From positions 32,001 through 96,000 of IMG/VR virus record IMGVR_UViG_3300022602_000036: a stretch of DNA of 64,000 nucleotides, one strand, 5' to 3'. The notes under the pieces are model-generated. The model made no database searches, was not told the DNA's origin, and worked only from the letters and a program-made list of their open reading frames with translations. Source of the DNA: a virus. Positions within the stretch are counted from its first letter, which is position 1. The number at the start of each line of letters is the position of its first letter. The position numbers and the translations under genes are program-made. Of the stretch, positions 1 to 8,407 are shown piece by piece.

Positions 1-1032
1 ATGAAAAGAATAATAACAATATTAGCTATATTATCGTTGACTGGCTGTGCCACTATACAGAAAGCTGGATATGAGTCTAAACCAGAAACAGTGGGTATTA
101 AACTACAAAAAGAGTTTGATACTATACCAGCACCAATGGGCAAGCCTATTACTGTGGCTGTGTATAGTTTTAAAGATCAAACTGGGCAACGCCGTAATAT
201 ACCAAACATTGCTAGTTTTAGTACTGCGGTAACACAGGGTGCTGAGCCGTTTTTAATACGTGCCTTACAGGAAGTAGGACACGGACAATGGTTTGATGTA
301 GTAGAACGTGTTAACGTGGACAACCTAGTTAAAGAGCGTACTATTATCAAACAGATGCGCGATGCCTACGAAGGCACTAATGCTAAACCACTAATGCCCT
401 TACAGTTTGCTGGTGTTATTATGGAAGGTGGTATTATTGGTTATGATAGCAGTATAGAAAGCGGTGGTACAGCTTATAAATGGTTGGGCATTGGTCCACA
501 GACACAGTACAGTAAAGATGTAGTTACAGTTAGTTTGCGAGCAATATCAGTTAACTCTGGTAAAGTTCTAGCCACAGTAACAGAAAGTAAAACAATTTAT
601 TCAACAGCTGATAGTATTGCTGTGCTTAAGTTCTTTAAAGGTGGCACACAATCATTTGAATTTGAAACAGGCTTGACTATAAACGAGCCAACAAGTTTAG
701 CGGTGAAAACTACAATTGAAGCCGCAGTAGTAGAGTTGATCAAAGAAGGTCAACGTAAAGGAATTTGGGACTATAGAACTAATGCTCCACAGGCATTACC
801 TGTAGTACCAAGTACTCCTGTAGCACAACCTCCAGAGCCAGCGGTGGTAACACAACCAATAGCTAAAGAGGAACCAATTGAGGCCAAGGCGGTGGAAGAG
901 CCAACAGCACCAGTGGAAGTAAAACAGGAAACTAAGAAACCACAGGTAAAAAAGAAAACTAATAAACTAATGCCAGTGGTGGATAACGGACCTAAAGTGT
1001 CCAAGGAGCAGATAGATGTTAAATTACATTAA
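1..1032 (+). CDS. csgG: Curli production assembly/transport lipoprotein CsgG-like
   Basis: Lipobox LTGC; CsgG motifs VAVYSFKDQTGQ, FSTAVTQGA, WFDVVER, EGGIIGYD, GLTINEP; Pro/Lys-rich C-terminal extension. Confidence 0.9.
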   Translation: MKRIITILAILSLTGCATIQKAGYESKPETVGIKLQKEFDTIPAPMGKPITVAVYSFKDQTGQRRNIPNIASFSTAVTQGAEPFLIRALQEVGHGQWFDVVERVNVDNLVKERTIIKQMRDAYEGTNAKPLMPLQFAGVIMEGGIIGYDSSIESGGTAYKWLGIGPQTQYSKDVVTVSLRAISVNSGKVLATVTESKTIYSTADSIAVLKFFKGGTQSFEFETGLTINEPTSLAVKTTIEAAVVELIKEGQRKGIWDYRTNAPQALPVVPSTPVAQPPEPAVVTQPIAKEEPIEAKAVEEPTAPVEVKQETKKPQVKKKTNKLMPVVDNGPKVSKEQIDVKLH

Positions 1033-1846
1033 AAGTTTATTCGCAGTGTTATTACTTACTACAAGTGTGGCCTATGCTGACAACAACATCTATATTGATC
1101 AAAGCGGTGACTCTAACACTATCACAGTAACACAAGGTGATGGTAGTGGCAGCACAGGCAGTGACAATATTGGTGGTACAGGCAGCGGCAGTGCCGGCAC
1201 AGGTAATCGTGCTAAAATTTACGGTAACAACAATGTTGTCAACGTAGATCAAGCTGGTACAAGTGATACCTTAAAATTGAATATCAATAACAATGCTACA
1301 AGTGGCTTTACATCAGAAACACGCAATGGTAATACATATAACAAAACATTCAATTATAGCGTAACTGGTGACAGTTCAACTGGTGTTATTAATATTACAG
1401 GTACACCTAGTGGCGGTGCAGCAACAGCCAGCTCAGGCAACCTAGTTAATATTAATCAAAGCGGTAACAGTGCTGGAGTTACTTTAAGTATTACAGGTAG
1501 CACCAACGACGTTACAGCATTAACCAGTGGTGGTAGTAGCAATACACTTACTTCAACAATCACAGGTAGTGGAAATAGTCAAGGTATCAGCCTAACAGGT
1601 GGCGGTAGCAACGCAGCAACACTAACACAAACTGGTGGTAGCAATATTATCAATTTGACCAGTGTTGGCGCAAGCAATACCTACACAGTTAGTCAAACGG
1701 GCACAGGTCACGATGCTGAATTGAGTTTCAATGGTAGTAGCAATACAGTTGCAGTTACACAGCAAGGTAGTACAGGTGTAAGCAACGTTAATGTTACTTC
1801 AGTAGGCAGCAGTAACTCAATCACTATCAACACCAACGCTCACTAA
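1016..1846 (+). CDS. Curlin-like repeat secreted protein
   Basis: Signal peptide, then DNNIYIDQSG and ~22-aa Q-x-G-x-x-N repeats rich in S/T/G/N; follows csgG. Confidence 0.8.
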   Translation: MLNYIKSLFAVLLLTTSVAYADNNIYIDQSGDSNTITVTQGDGSGSTGSDNIGGTGSGSAGTGNRAKIYGNNNVVNVDQAGTSDTLKLNINNNATSGFTSETRNGNTYNKTFNYSVTGDSSTGVINITGTPSGGAATASSGNLVNINQSGNSAGVTLSITGSTNDVTALTSGGSSNTLTSTITGSGNSQGISLTGGGSNAATLTQTGGSNIINLTSVGASNTYTVSQTGTGHDAELSFNGSSNTVAVTQQGSTGVSNVNVTSVGSSNSITINTNAH

Positions 1847-1858
1847 GCGGGGTGTAAA

Positions 1859-2674
1859 ATGCGAGCATGGATATGGGCAGCAGTCTTATTTGTTACGACT
1901 CTGCCCTCTTTTGCTGGCGACAACCAAGCATATATTGATCAATCTGGTCAATTCTCAGATATTTACGTATTACAAGATGGAGTAGGCAATGGCCTATATG
2001 GTATAGGCGGCCCTGCTATTCCCACAAATACAGCTACCATTCATGGTAATGGTAATGTAGTAACCATACAACAAACAGGCTCCAACGATCAACTACAGTT
2101 GAACATGGAAACTTCCAGTATGCCACGTCCGATGACCAATGTTAGTTGTCCTACATGCCCACAACCTGTACAAGGCAACAGTTGGAGTTATAACATTAAT
2201 GGTAACAATGCCAAAGCGGTTATAGATGTCAACGCAGATGGCAAGAATACTTCAGTGAGTAATGGCATGGATGTGTCACAGATAGGTGATAATGCCGTAT
2301 ACAATGGGCGTTTTATTGGCGACCATAACTCAGTGACTGTATCAACTACAGGACTTAACCAAACAGTTAATACAAGCGTAAGCGGTAGTACTAATACACA
2401 GACTACCAGTGCCGCTAATGGTAGTTACAATATTGTCACGGTAACACAATCTGGCACAAATGGCACGGCGCAGACTAACTTAAATGGTACTGCTAATATA
2501 GTCACAGTAAATCAAACAGATGGCGCTGCAAATGGACATCGCACAAACCTAGACATTAGTGGTAATAGTAATACCATTGCTGTTAATCAAAGTAGTCTAG
2601 TAGCAGATAGTAATATAAATCTTAAAACCACTGGCAGTAATAATGTTATCAACATAACGAGTATGTCAAGATGA
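1859..2674 (+). CDS. Curlin-like repeat secreted protein
   Basis: Signal peptide, DNQAYIDQSG, Q-x-G-x-x-N repeats; paralogue of the upstream gene. Confidence 0.8.
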   Translation: MRAWIWAAVLFVTTLPSFAGDNQAYIDQSGQFSDIYVLQDGVGNGLYGIGGPAIPTNTATIHGNGNVVTIQQTGSNDQLQLNMETSSMPRPMTNVSCPTCPQPVQGNSWSYNINGNNAKAVIDVNADGKNTSVSNGMDVSQIGDNAVYNGRFIGDHNSVTVSTTGLNQTVNTSVSGSTNTQTTSAANGSYNIVTVTQSGTNGTAQTNLNGTANIVTVNQTDGAANGHRTNLDISGNSNTIAVNQSSLVADSNINLKTTGSNNVINITSMSR

Positions 2675-3795
2675 AGCAACTACTAATCTTGTTACTTGTC
2701 CCTTTACTAGCCAATGCCGCAGTGGGTACTATCACAGAACAAACAGCCCTGCCTGGTACTATTACTCGTAGTTTTACTGCCATGGAAGGTAAGAAAGGTG
2801 CTGGCATTGAAATGAATGACAAGGTACAGACTACTAAAGGTAAGATTGGCATTACATTCCAAGACGATACTAAAGTAGAAGTTAATGAAAGTAGTAAGTT
2901 AGTCATTGATGATTTTGTATTTGATCCTAAAAAGCCCAGTGCCGGCAAACTGGCTATGAAGTTTACACAGGGCACAGTTCGTTACGCATCAGGTGCTATT
3001 GCGCACAGTAACCCTAACAAAGTAGCACTAAACACGCCTAGCGCGACCATAGCAGTGCGTGGTACAGACTTTACGGCTACAGTAGATGAAATGGGCGAAA
3101 GTACTGTTATTCTACTGCCAAGTTGTCCTAAAGGTTGGGCAGATATAGACAGAGATTGTAAAACAGGTGCCATTGACGTTATTAACGATGCTGGTATGGT
3201 TAGTCTTAATGTAGCCTTTCAAGGCACTAAGGTAGCCAGTCGTACTACAATGCCAATGAAACCAACAGTATTAAACTTGTCACCTGATACGATTAACAAC
3301 CTGCTGATCGTTAGTCCGCCCAAAGAACTACGCAAGGAAGGAATAGAAACTAAAAACATATCAACTAAAAATCCTGCTGATATGTTAAATGTAGACTTTC
3401 TTAAACAAGATTATTTAAAAAATGAGTTTGAAAAAGAAGGCACACCCTTTGGAGATAACCCATTGGCACACCCACTATTAGAACAATACTTCCTTGAAAA
3501 CATTTTTGACATCTTGGCACAACAGCTACAAGAAGAACAAGCTGGACTACTAGCTAACTTGATAGCACCAAGTCAAACTAATAACATACTGCCAGACTAT
3601 AAAAAGTCTACAGGTGTTACTGAAAGTATTGGCGCAAGTGAAGTTACCTTATGCCGTAGTGATGGCAGTAACAATCAATGTATTAGTACTCCTAAAGATC
3701 AAAATAGTCTACTAGTAGAAACACAGGGCGCAGTTACTATTAAAAACCGTGTCAATCAAGGTGCGGGCAGTACTATAACGGTGATACAACGATGA
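2671..3795 (+). CDS. FecR-domain exported protein
   Basis: Signal peptide; D-x-V-x-T, ITFQDDT, TPSATIAVRGTDF motifs typical of FecR domains. Confidence 0.85.
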   Translation: MKQLLILLLVPLLANAAVGTITEQTALPGTITRSFTAMEGKKGAGIEMNDKVQTTKGKIGITFQDDTKVEVNESSKLVIDDFVFDPKKPSAGKLAMKFTQGTVRYASGAIAHSNPNKVALNTPSATIAVRGTDFTATVDEMGESTVILLPSCPKGWADIDRDCKTGAIDVINDAGMVSLNVAFQGTKVASRTTMPMKPTVLNLSPDTINNLLIVSPPKELRKEGIETKNISTKNPADMLNVDFLKQDYLKNEFEKEGTPFGDNPLAHPLLEQYFLENIFDILAQQLQEEQAGLLANLIAPSQTNNILPDYKKSTGVTESIGASEVTLCRSDGSNNQCISTPKDQNSLLVETQGAVTIKNRVNQGAGSTITVIQR

Positions 3796-5267
3796 AAAAG
3801 TTACTGTTAATCTTATTACTTGTATGTTCTAGTGCATGGGCTGACGTTACCCAAGAACATTTTAGCTTCGCACAGGTATTTGATGTACAGTGGTATACCA
3901 GCAACGGCAAATTATATGCCAGCAGTTTCAATTATTTGTATGCCAGTGTCAACGCAAGTGGCCAATTACAAGCGGGCAGACTAACATCTACACAAACTAA
4001 TGCCTATGCATCAGCTGGTGATTATTTGGCTTTTTTTCATAGCTCAACTAATCCTGGAACCTTTGGACTTGGAGTATATGACACTAACAATAATCTAGTT
4101 CGTGTGTTGGACTACACAGGGACCTTTGTGGCTCTGGCAGATGGTGCTATATTCTATAATGGTAATGGCAGTTGGGGTACATTGTTCACTACAGCACAGG
4201 GATATAGTTATGGGCAAGGTGGATCTTGGACTATCACACAGAGTTATCCTAGTAATACCTACATGACTAATTATACTCCGCCTAACACTACTCCCTTAGC
4301 GGCAGGACAGTCGGCGCCACCTGCTGTTACTATAACCAGCAGAGTAAACTCAACAATTACCACAACAGCTACAAGTGGAGCGACGGTCTATACCTACAGT
4401 CAACCTATTACCACTACAACCTATAGTGATGGCTCTCAGACTGTGGTTAACAATGGCAGTGCAGTACTATTAAGCACAACTACTGTGGGTGGGGGCAGTG
4501 GTATTACCAATGCTGAACAAACATCAATGAACATTTCTCGTAATCAGCAGGTCAACTTGCCCACACCCAGCCACGTCTATATAGATCAAATTGGCAGTGG
4601 TGATCATATTAATATCACAGTAAACAATCAGTCTAACCTAATAGGTGGACAAGATCAAACTGCTATGAAAGTTCGTGGCGGCAATAACACAGTTACTATA
4701 CATCAGGGCGACCCTACTAATACATTAAGCACACATAACGTCATAGCCGCAGACCTACTAGGGGGAAGCAATAGTCTAACAGTTAATCAAGGCACAGACG
4801 CAAACGGTAACGGTAGTGGCACAGACTCTGGATATCATTATAGTAGCATATATGTTAGTGGAGTTAACAATTCAGTTAACGTTCAACAGCAGGCCACAGT
4901 TAATAATAACGTAGGCAACTATGCCAGCATCAATGTCACAGGCAATCAGAATAACATAGGTCTAATACAAACTGGTAACTCACCTAAACAGTTATTCACC
5001 GCAGTCTCAGGCAATCAAAATACAGAAACAATTAGTCAAACTGGACTTGGGCAGCATTTTCTAGATGTTAATCTAAATGGAGATGGTAACACTGCTACAG
5101 TAAATCAGTCAGGCAATACAGCCAACACAGCAACCATCAACCTAACCAATGCTGGTGGCCCCGCTAGTGTAAATCTAACACAAACAGGCGGACAAAGTTA
5201 TGGTATAAGTCAAACCTGCGTACAAGCAGGAGGCTGCGGTACTGTGACTGTACGTCAAGGACCGTAA
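3792..5267 (+). CDS. Secreted protein with C-terminal curlin-like repeats
   Basis: Signal peptide, aromatic-rich N-terminal domain, T-rich linker, then VYIDQIG and Q-x-G-N repeats ending in C-x4-C. Confidence 0.75.
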   Translation: MKKLLLILLLVCSSAWADVTQEHFSFAQVFDVQWYTSNGKLYASSFNYLYASVNASGQLQAGRLTSTQTNAYASAGDYLAFFHSSTNPGTFGLGVYDTNNNLVRVLDYTGTFVALADGAIFYNGNGSWGTLFTTAQGYSYGQGGSWTITQSYPSNTYMTNYTPPNTTPLAAGQSAPPAVTITSRVNSTITTTATSGATVYTYSQPITTTTYSDGSQTVVNNGSAVLLSTTTVGGGSGITNAEQTSMNISRNQQVNLPTPSHVYIDQIGSGDHINITVNNQSNLIGGQDQTAMKVRGGNNTVTIHQGDPTNTLSTHNVIAADLLGGSNSLTVNQGTDANGNGSGTDSGYHYSSIYVSGVNNSVNVQQQATVNNNVGNYASINVTGNQNNIGLIQTGNSPKQLFTAVSGNQNTETISQTGLGQHFLDVNLNGDGNTATVNQSGNTANTATINLTNAGGPASVNLTQTGGQSYGISQTCVQAGGCGTVTVRQGP

Positions 5268-5310
5268 CTAAACTGTAATCTAAAATGTAATCTTTTAATA
5301 GGATATTCTT

Positions 5311-5318
5311 TATAAATA
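5311..5318 (+). promoter_or_regulatory. T4-like late promoter TATAAATA
   Basis: Exact TATAAATA upstream of a strong AAGGAGG RBS; the core TAAATA recurs before many genes. Confidence 0.6.
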
Positions 5319-5338
5319 TCTTACTAAAGGAGGACATC

Positions 5339-5500
5339 ATGATGAAACAAAGTAAACTAGTAACTAAGTTGTATCGTGCTTGTCTCGACCACGATACAGA
5401 AGCAATTAAAGAACTACGTAAAAAAGAGTTTCTTAAAATTGTGAAACACAAGGCCGAAGGGAAGCCATTCAACAGCAAATGGTCTATAGTTAGGATCTAA
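5339..5500 (+). CDS. Small basic hypothetical protein (53 aa, MMKQSKLVTKLYRACL...)
   Basis: AAGGAGG RBS, late promoter upstream, terminator downstream; below the ORF-track length cutoff. Confidence 0.7.
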   Translation: MMKQSKLVTKLYRACLDHDTEAIKELRKKEFLKIVKHKAEGKPFNSKWSIVRI

Positions 5501-5506
5501 CTGTAT

Positions 5507-5540
5507 CAATAAAAAGCCCCTTAATTGGGGCTTTTTATTG
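5507..5540. terminator. Bidirectional intrinsic terminator
   Basis: CAATAAAAAGCCCC-ttaatt-GGGGCTTTTTATTG between convergent genes. Confidence 0.9.
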
Positions 5541-5551
5541 AGTTAGTTTTC

Positions 5552-5752
5552 TTATGCGTAGGTATCTGGGTTAATTTTTGTTGCTTCTACTAGCTCGCCT
5601 TCGGCATTGTAGACTTTAACGGTTTGATCAACATCAACTTCAGGTTTTACATCTTTACGTGCAAAACTTAGAGCTTCTTTGATAGTTTCAAACTCATACT
5701 CTATTTGTTCTAGTACGCCTTTGATCCATCTGTTGATTTTAACTAAGCCCAT
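5552..5752 (-). CDS. Hypothetical protein, paralogue of 5755-5997
   Basis: Shares W..G.L, EF....AL.FA, Q..K.Y...G.LV and terminal TYA with its neighbour. Confidence 0.7.
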   Translation of the reverse strand: MGLVKINRWIKGVLEQIEYEFETIKEALSFARKDVKPEVDVDQTVKVYNAEGELVEATKINPDTYA

Positions 5753-5754
5753 GA

Positions 5755-5997
5755 TTAAGCGTAAGTTGAATCCTGACTAGATAACCCAACTGATTGTACT
5801 AGTGAACCGTCTTCGTCATCATATATCTTAATTACTTGTTCTGTTTCAACTTCGTAAATTGTTTTTTGATGATTTACTTCAGCTTGATTAGCAAATGTAA
5901 GAGCCTGTCCTAGATCTTCAAATTCATGATCTTGAACTGTTAAACGACCTCTTTGCCATTTGTGTACTTTAACGTGATGCTTATTGTGATGTGCCAT
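5755..5997 (-). CDS. Hypothetical protein with His-rich N-terminus
   Basis: AAGGA RBS; MAHHNKHH start; paralogue of 5552-5752. Confidence 0.7.
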   Translation of the reverse strand: MAHHNKHHVKVHKWQRGRLTVQDHEFEDLGQALTFANQAEVNHQKTIYEVETEQVIKIYDDEDGSLVQSVGLSSQDSTYA

Positions 5998-6002
5998 TTT
6001 TA

Positions 6003-7055
6003 TTATCCTTTAAAAATTTTTGCCCAAATCTTACGGGTGTTATCTGTGTATTTATTTAAATTTCTTTGATTCAATGCTACATTAACAGCAGCAAAGCGGT
6101 GTGTACGCAGTAGCGCATCAGCAATTTCGTCGCTTTCAGCTGGGCGAGCATTAAACCATCTAGTAGCCCAAGGAATTTCGTAACTGCCCACTACAGGCAC
6201 ACCTTGACTGATCAAGTCAGCTGACACAATATTAAATGTTTCACTGAAGTTACACTGTAGGCCAATGTCCATGGTTGAACAGATTTCTAAGAATCCTTCA
6301 CGTGGAGTCCACTCATGTCCAATTAGTTGATGCCCTTGGCCAGCCAGATGTTGAAATAGCCCACGTAGGTTATGCATCACAGGATCGCCCTTCATTTCAA
6401 TACGGCCCATGTTGATATGGAAACGCAGTTGTTTACCTGCGGTCTGAGCAAACTTAAGAGCTGCTACAGCCTGTACCAAATGATTCTTTAACGGGCGCAC
6501 TGCACCAAAACAGGCAATGTCTACCCAGTATTTGTTCTTGTCATATTTTTTCTGTTTCATTTCTTGCGGATAGAAATTAGGCATGTAGATGATACGGCGC
6601 TGAGTTTCTTCGTCAGTCCACCCCTGTTTGATCTGCAGATAAGTTCTAACTTCATCTAACATGCGAGGAGCATTGACACCAATAACAATATTTTTGAATG
6701 TGACATAGTCGCCAATCCAATCCATGGCCATACCTTCACCAGCCATAAATGGCATTTCACTGTGTAAGCGTATGATCCAAGTTACGTTAGGATGTAGTTT
6801 GGTTAGAATTTCAAACTTTTGCGGAACAACCCAAAGTGCTTCAACAATACAGTGTGTGGGCTTATGGCGTGTTACCAAGCGATCAATGCAGTTGTTGTCT
6901 ATAGCCACTTCCATAGCTGACTCAACTCCCATGTCGTTTAGCATTTGATCAACAAAGCTGGCACTGTTAAACAAGCCTGTGCTAAGGCCCTGCGGACTGT
7001 GTTTAACTGGGTTGAAATCCTCACGCCGCTTGAGGATAAAAAGTACCTTGCTCAT
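6003..7055 (-). CDS. Putative GT-B glycosyltransferase
   Basis: C-terminal FGAVRPLKN and SETFNIVSADLISQGVPVV resemble the GT4 E-x7-E/D region. Confidence 0.6.
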   Translation of the reverse strand: MSKVLFILKRREDFNPVKHSPQGLSTGLFNSASFVDQMLNDMGVESAMEVAIDNNCIDRLVTRHKPTHCIVEALWVVPQKFEILTKLHPNVTWIIRLHSEMPFMAGEGMAMDWIGDYVTFKNIVIGVNAPRMLDEVRTYLQIKQGWTDEETQRRIIYMPNFYPQEMKQKKYDKNKYWVDIACFGAVRPLKNHLVQAVAALKFAQTAGKQLRFHINMGRIEMKGDPVMHNLRGLFQHLAGQGHQLIGHEWTPREGFLEICSTMDIGLQCNFSETFNIVSADLISQGVPVVGSYEIPWATRWFNARPAESDEIADALLRTHRFAAVNVALNQRNLNKYTDNTRKIWAKIFKG

Positions 7056-7143
7056 TGAAAAACCTTTCTAATTGATAATATACAGCTATTTATATCTTAG
7101 ACGATTACGTGTAGATTACATTGATAATTCCTTATTATTTTTG

Positions 7144-7172
7144 TTGACTTTAAGATAAATCTGTTGTATAAT
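7144..7172 (+). promoter_or_regulatory. sigma70-type promoter
   Basis: TTGACT-N17-TATAAT. Confidence 0.8.
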
Positions 7173-7201
7173 AGTTTAAATACTAACGTTTGGAGAAATA
7201 C

Positions 7202-7450
7202 ATGGACAACAAAACCTACAGTAAAGACTTAGATATTCAAAAGATTGAAAACAATGTAGGGGGTAGCCGTTTTGAATTGATATTAATTGCAGCTACACGA
7301 GCCCGTGAAATATCTAATATACGCAATATTGCTAATAGAAATAATCCAGCGTTGAAGTATGATACTAAAATTACCACAGAAGCATTAAAAGAAATTGAAG
7401 ATGGTAAAATAGGCCGCGAATACTTAATGAAAGTAGTCAAAGCAAGATAA
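7202..7450 (+). CDS. rpoZ: RNA polymerase omega subunit-like protein
   Basis: SRFELILIAATRAREI ... TEALKEIEDGKI matches omega conserved regions; GGAG RBS before ATG 7202. Confidence 0.8.
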   Translation: MDNKTYSKDLDIQKIENNVGGSRFELILIAATRAREISNIRNIANRNNPALKYDTKITTEALKEIEDGKIGREYLMKVVKAR

Positions 7451-7471
7451 CTAATAAGCACAAGTTTCTGC

Positions 7472-7696
7472 ATGAAAACCCTGGCAGACCTAGCCGTTGG
7501 CCAAGTAGCAGTGATCAAAGCCTTAGCGTTTGATGATCTAGGTTACCATAAGCGACTATATGGTCTAGGACTGCGAGAGGGTAAAGAAATAAAAATTATT
7601 AGAAAGGGGTTGACAGGTAGCCCACTTCATGTTATAATAGGTACTACTGAATTAGCAATTCGTCAAAAAGAGGCGAAAAATATACATATATTTTAA
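7472..7696 (+). CDS. feoA: FeoA-family protein
   Basis: TLADLAVGQ...KRLYGLGLREG..IIRK..GSPL...LAIRQKEA. Confidence 0.85.
   Translation: MKTLADLAVGQVAVIKALAFDDLGYHKRLYGLGLREGKEIKIIRKGLTGSPLHVIIGTTELAIRQKEAKNIHIF
7610..7638 (+). promoter_or_regulatory. sigma70 consensus promoter inside feoA
   Basis: TTGACA-N17-TATAAT. Confidence 0.7.
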
Positions 7697-7733
7697 TTCG
7701 GTATAAATAAATTTATAAGAAATAAAAAAGAGG

Positions 7734-7762
7734 TTGACACAGTTTATATTAGACTGTATAAT
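7734..7762 (+). promoter_or_regulatory. sigma70 consensus promoter of the tRNA-array leader
   Basis: TTGACA-N17-TATAAT with A-rich upstream sequence. Confidence 0.9.
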
Positions 7763-7805
7763 AGTTTTTATAGTAACAAATTAATTAAAGGAAAGCGAAA
7801 GCAAA

Positions 7806-7958
7806 ATGTTTAACAACAAGCTACATCAATTTAGAGGATCGAAACAAGTGCAAGCACTCGTAACGATATCTTATTGGCTAGCGATTGAGACAACATTAGG
7901 CAATGATCGTGCACCGAATAGTATCGATGGGGTTCGAGAGGGATGGGATGGTTATTAA
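7806..7958 (+). CDS. Putative attenuator leader peptide (50 aa, MFNNKLHQFRGSKQVQALVTISYWLAIETTLGNDRAPNSIDGVREGWDGY)
   Basis: Short ORF between promoter and terminator, AAGGA upstream; its 3' end overlaps the predicted antiterminator arm. Confidence 0.7.
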   Translation: MFNNKLHQFRGSKQVQALVTISYWLAIETTLGNDRAPNSIDGVREGWDGY

Positions 7959-7985
7959 GTAAATAACAAAATCCAAAACTTTAAG

Positions 7986-8018
7986 AACCCTAGAACAGAA
8001 ATGTTACTAGGGTTTTTT
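7986..8018 (+). terminator. Intrinsic terminator (attenuator) upstream of the tRNA array
   Basis: AACCCTAG-AACA-gaaa-TGTT-a-CTAGGGTT followed by a T-tract. Confidence 0.85.
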
Positions 8019-8237
8019 GTTTTATGTGTCAGGGAAACGAGGTCCAAGCAAGGCACATTAAAGATTGTATGTTAAACGGGCGGGACTAGAGGATGGATTA
8101 CCCTTGTGTGGGTAAAAAAATTCTAGTTATAATAAAACACATTGGACGAATATACTTGCTGGGGTCGTATAATGCGGCGCCTTCAATACCAAACACCAGT
8201 GTGCTTTATTATACGCATTCGCAAGAGTGTGTTTAAA

Positions 8238-8311
8238 CTCAGTGTGGTGTAGAGATAACATGCGTGGTTTGGGACCATGTGTCGAAGGTTTGATTCCTTC
8301 CACTGAGACCA
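8238..8311 (+). tRNA. tRNA-Pro(TGG)
   Basis: Cloverleaf, CTCAGTG/CACTGAG acceptor, loop TT-TGG-GA, CCA. Confidence 0.9.
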
Positions 8312-8317
8312 TTTAGC

Positions 8318-8401
8318 GGGTGATGAGCAGCATTGGCGACTGCAGCAGACTGTAAATCTGTGTCCTCTGGAAACTAGGTTCGACTCCTAGATCACCCACC
8401 A
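8318..8401 (+). tRNA. tRNA-Tyr(GTA)
   Basis: GGGTGAT/ATCACCC acceptor, CT-GTA-AA, variable arm, CCA. Confidence 0.9.
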
Positions 8402-8407
8402 AGTTAT

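Noticed and set aside
7770-8237. T-box riboswitch
   Set aside because: No T-box bulge consensus (UGGNACC) or specifier stem; the leader-peptide model fits better
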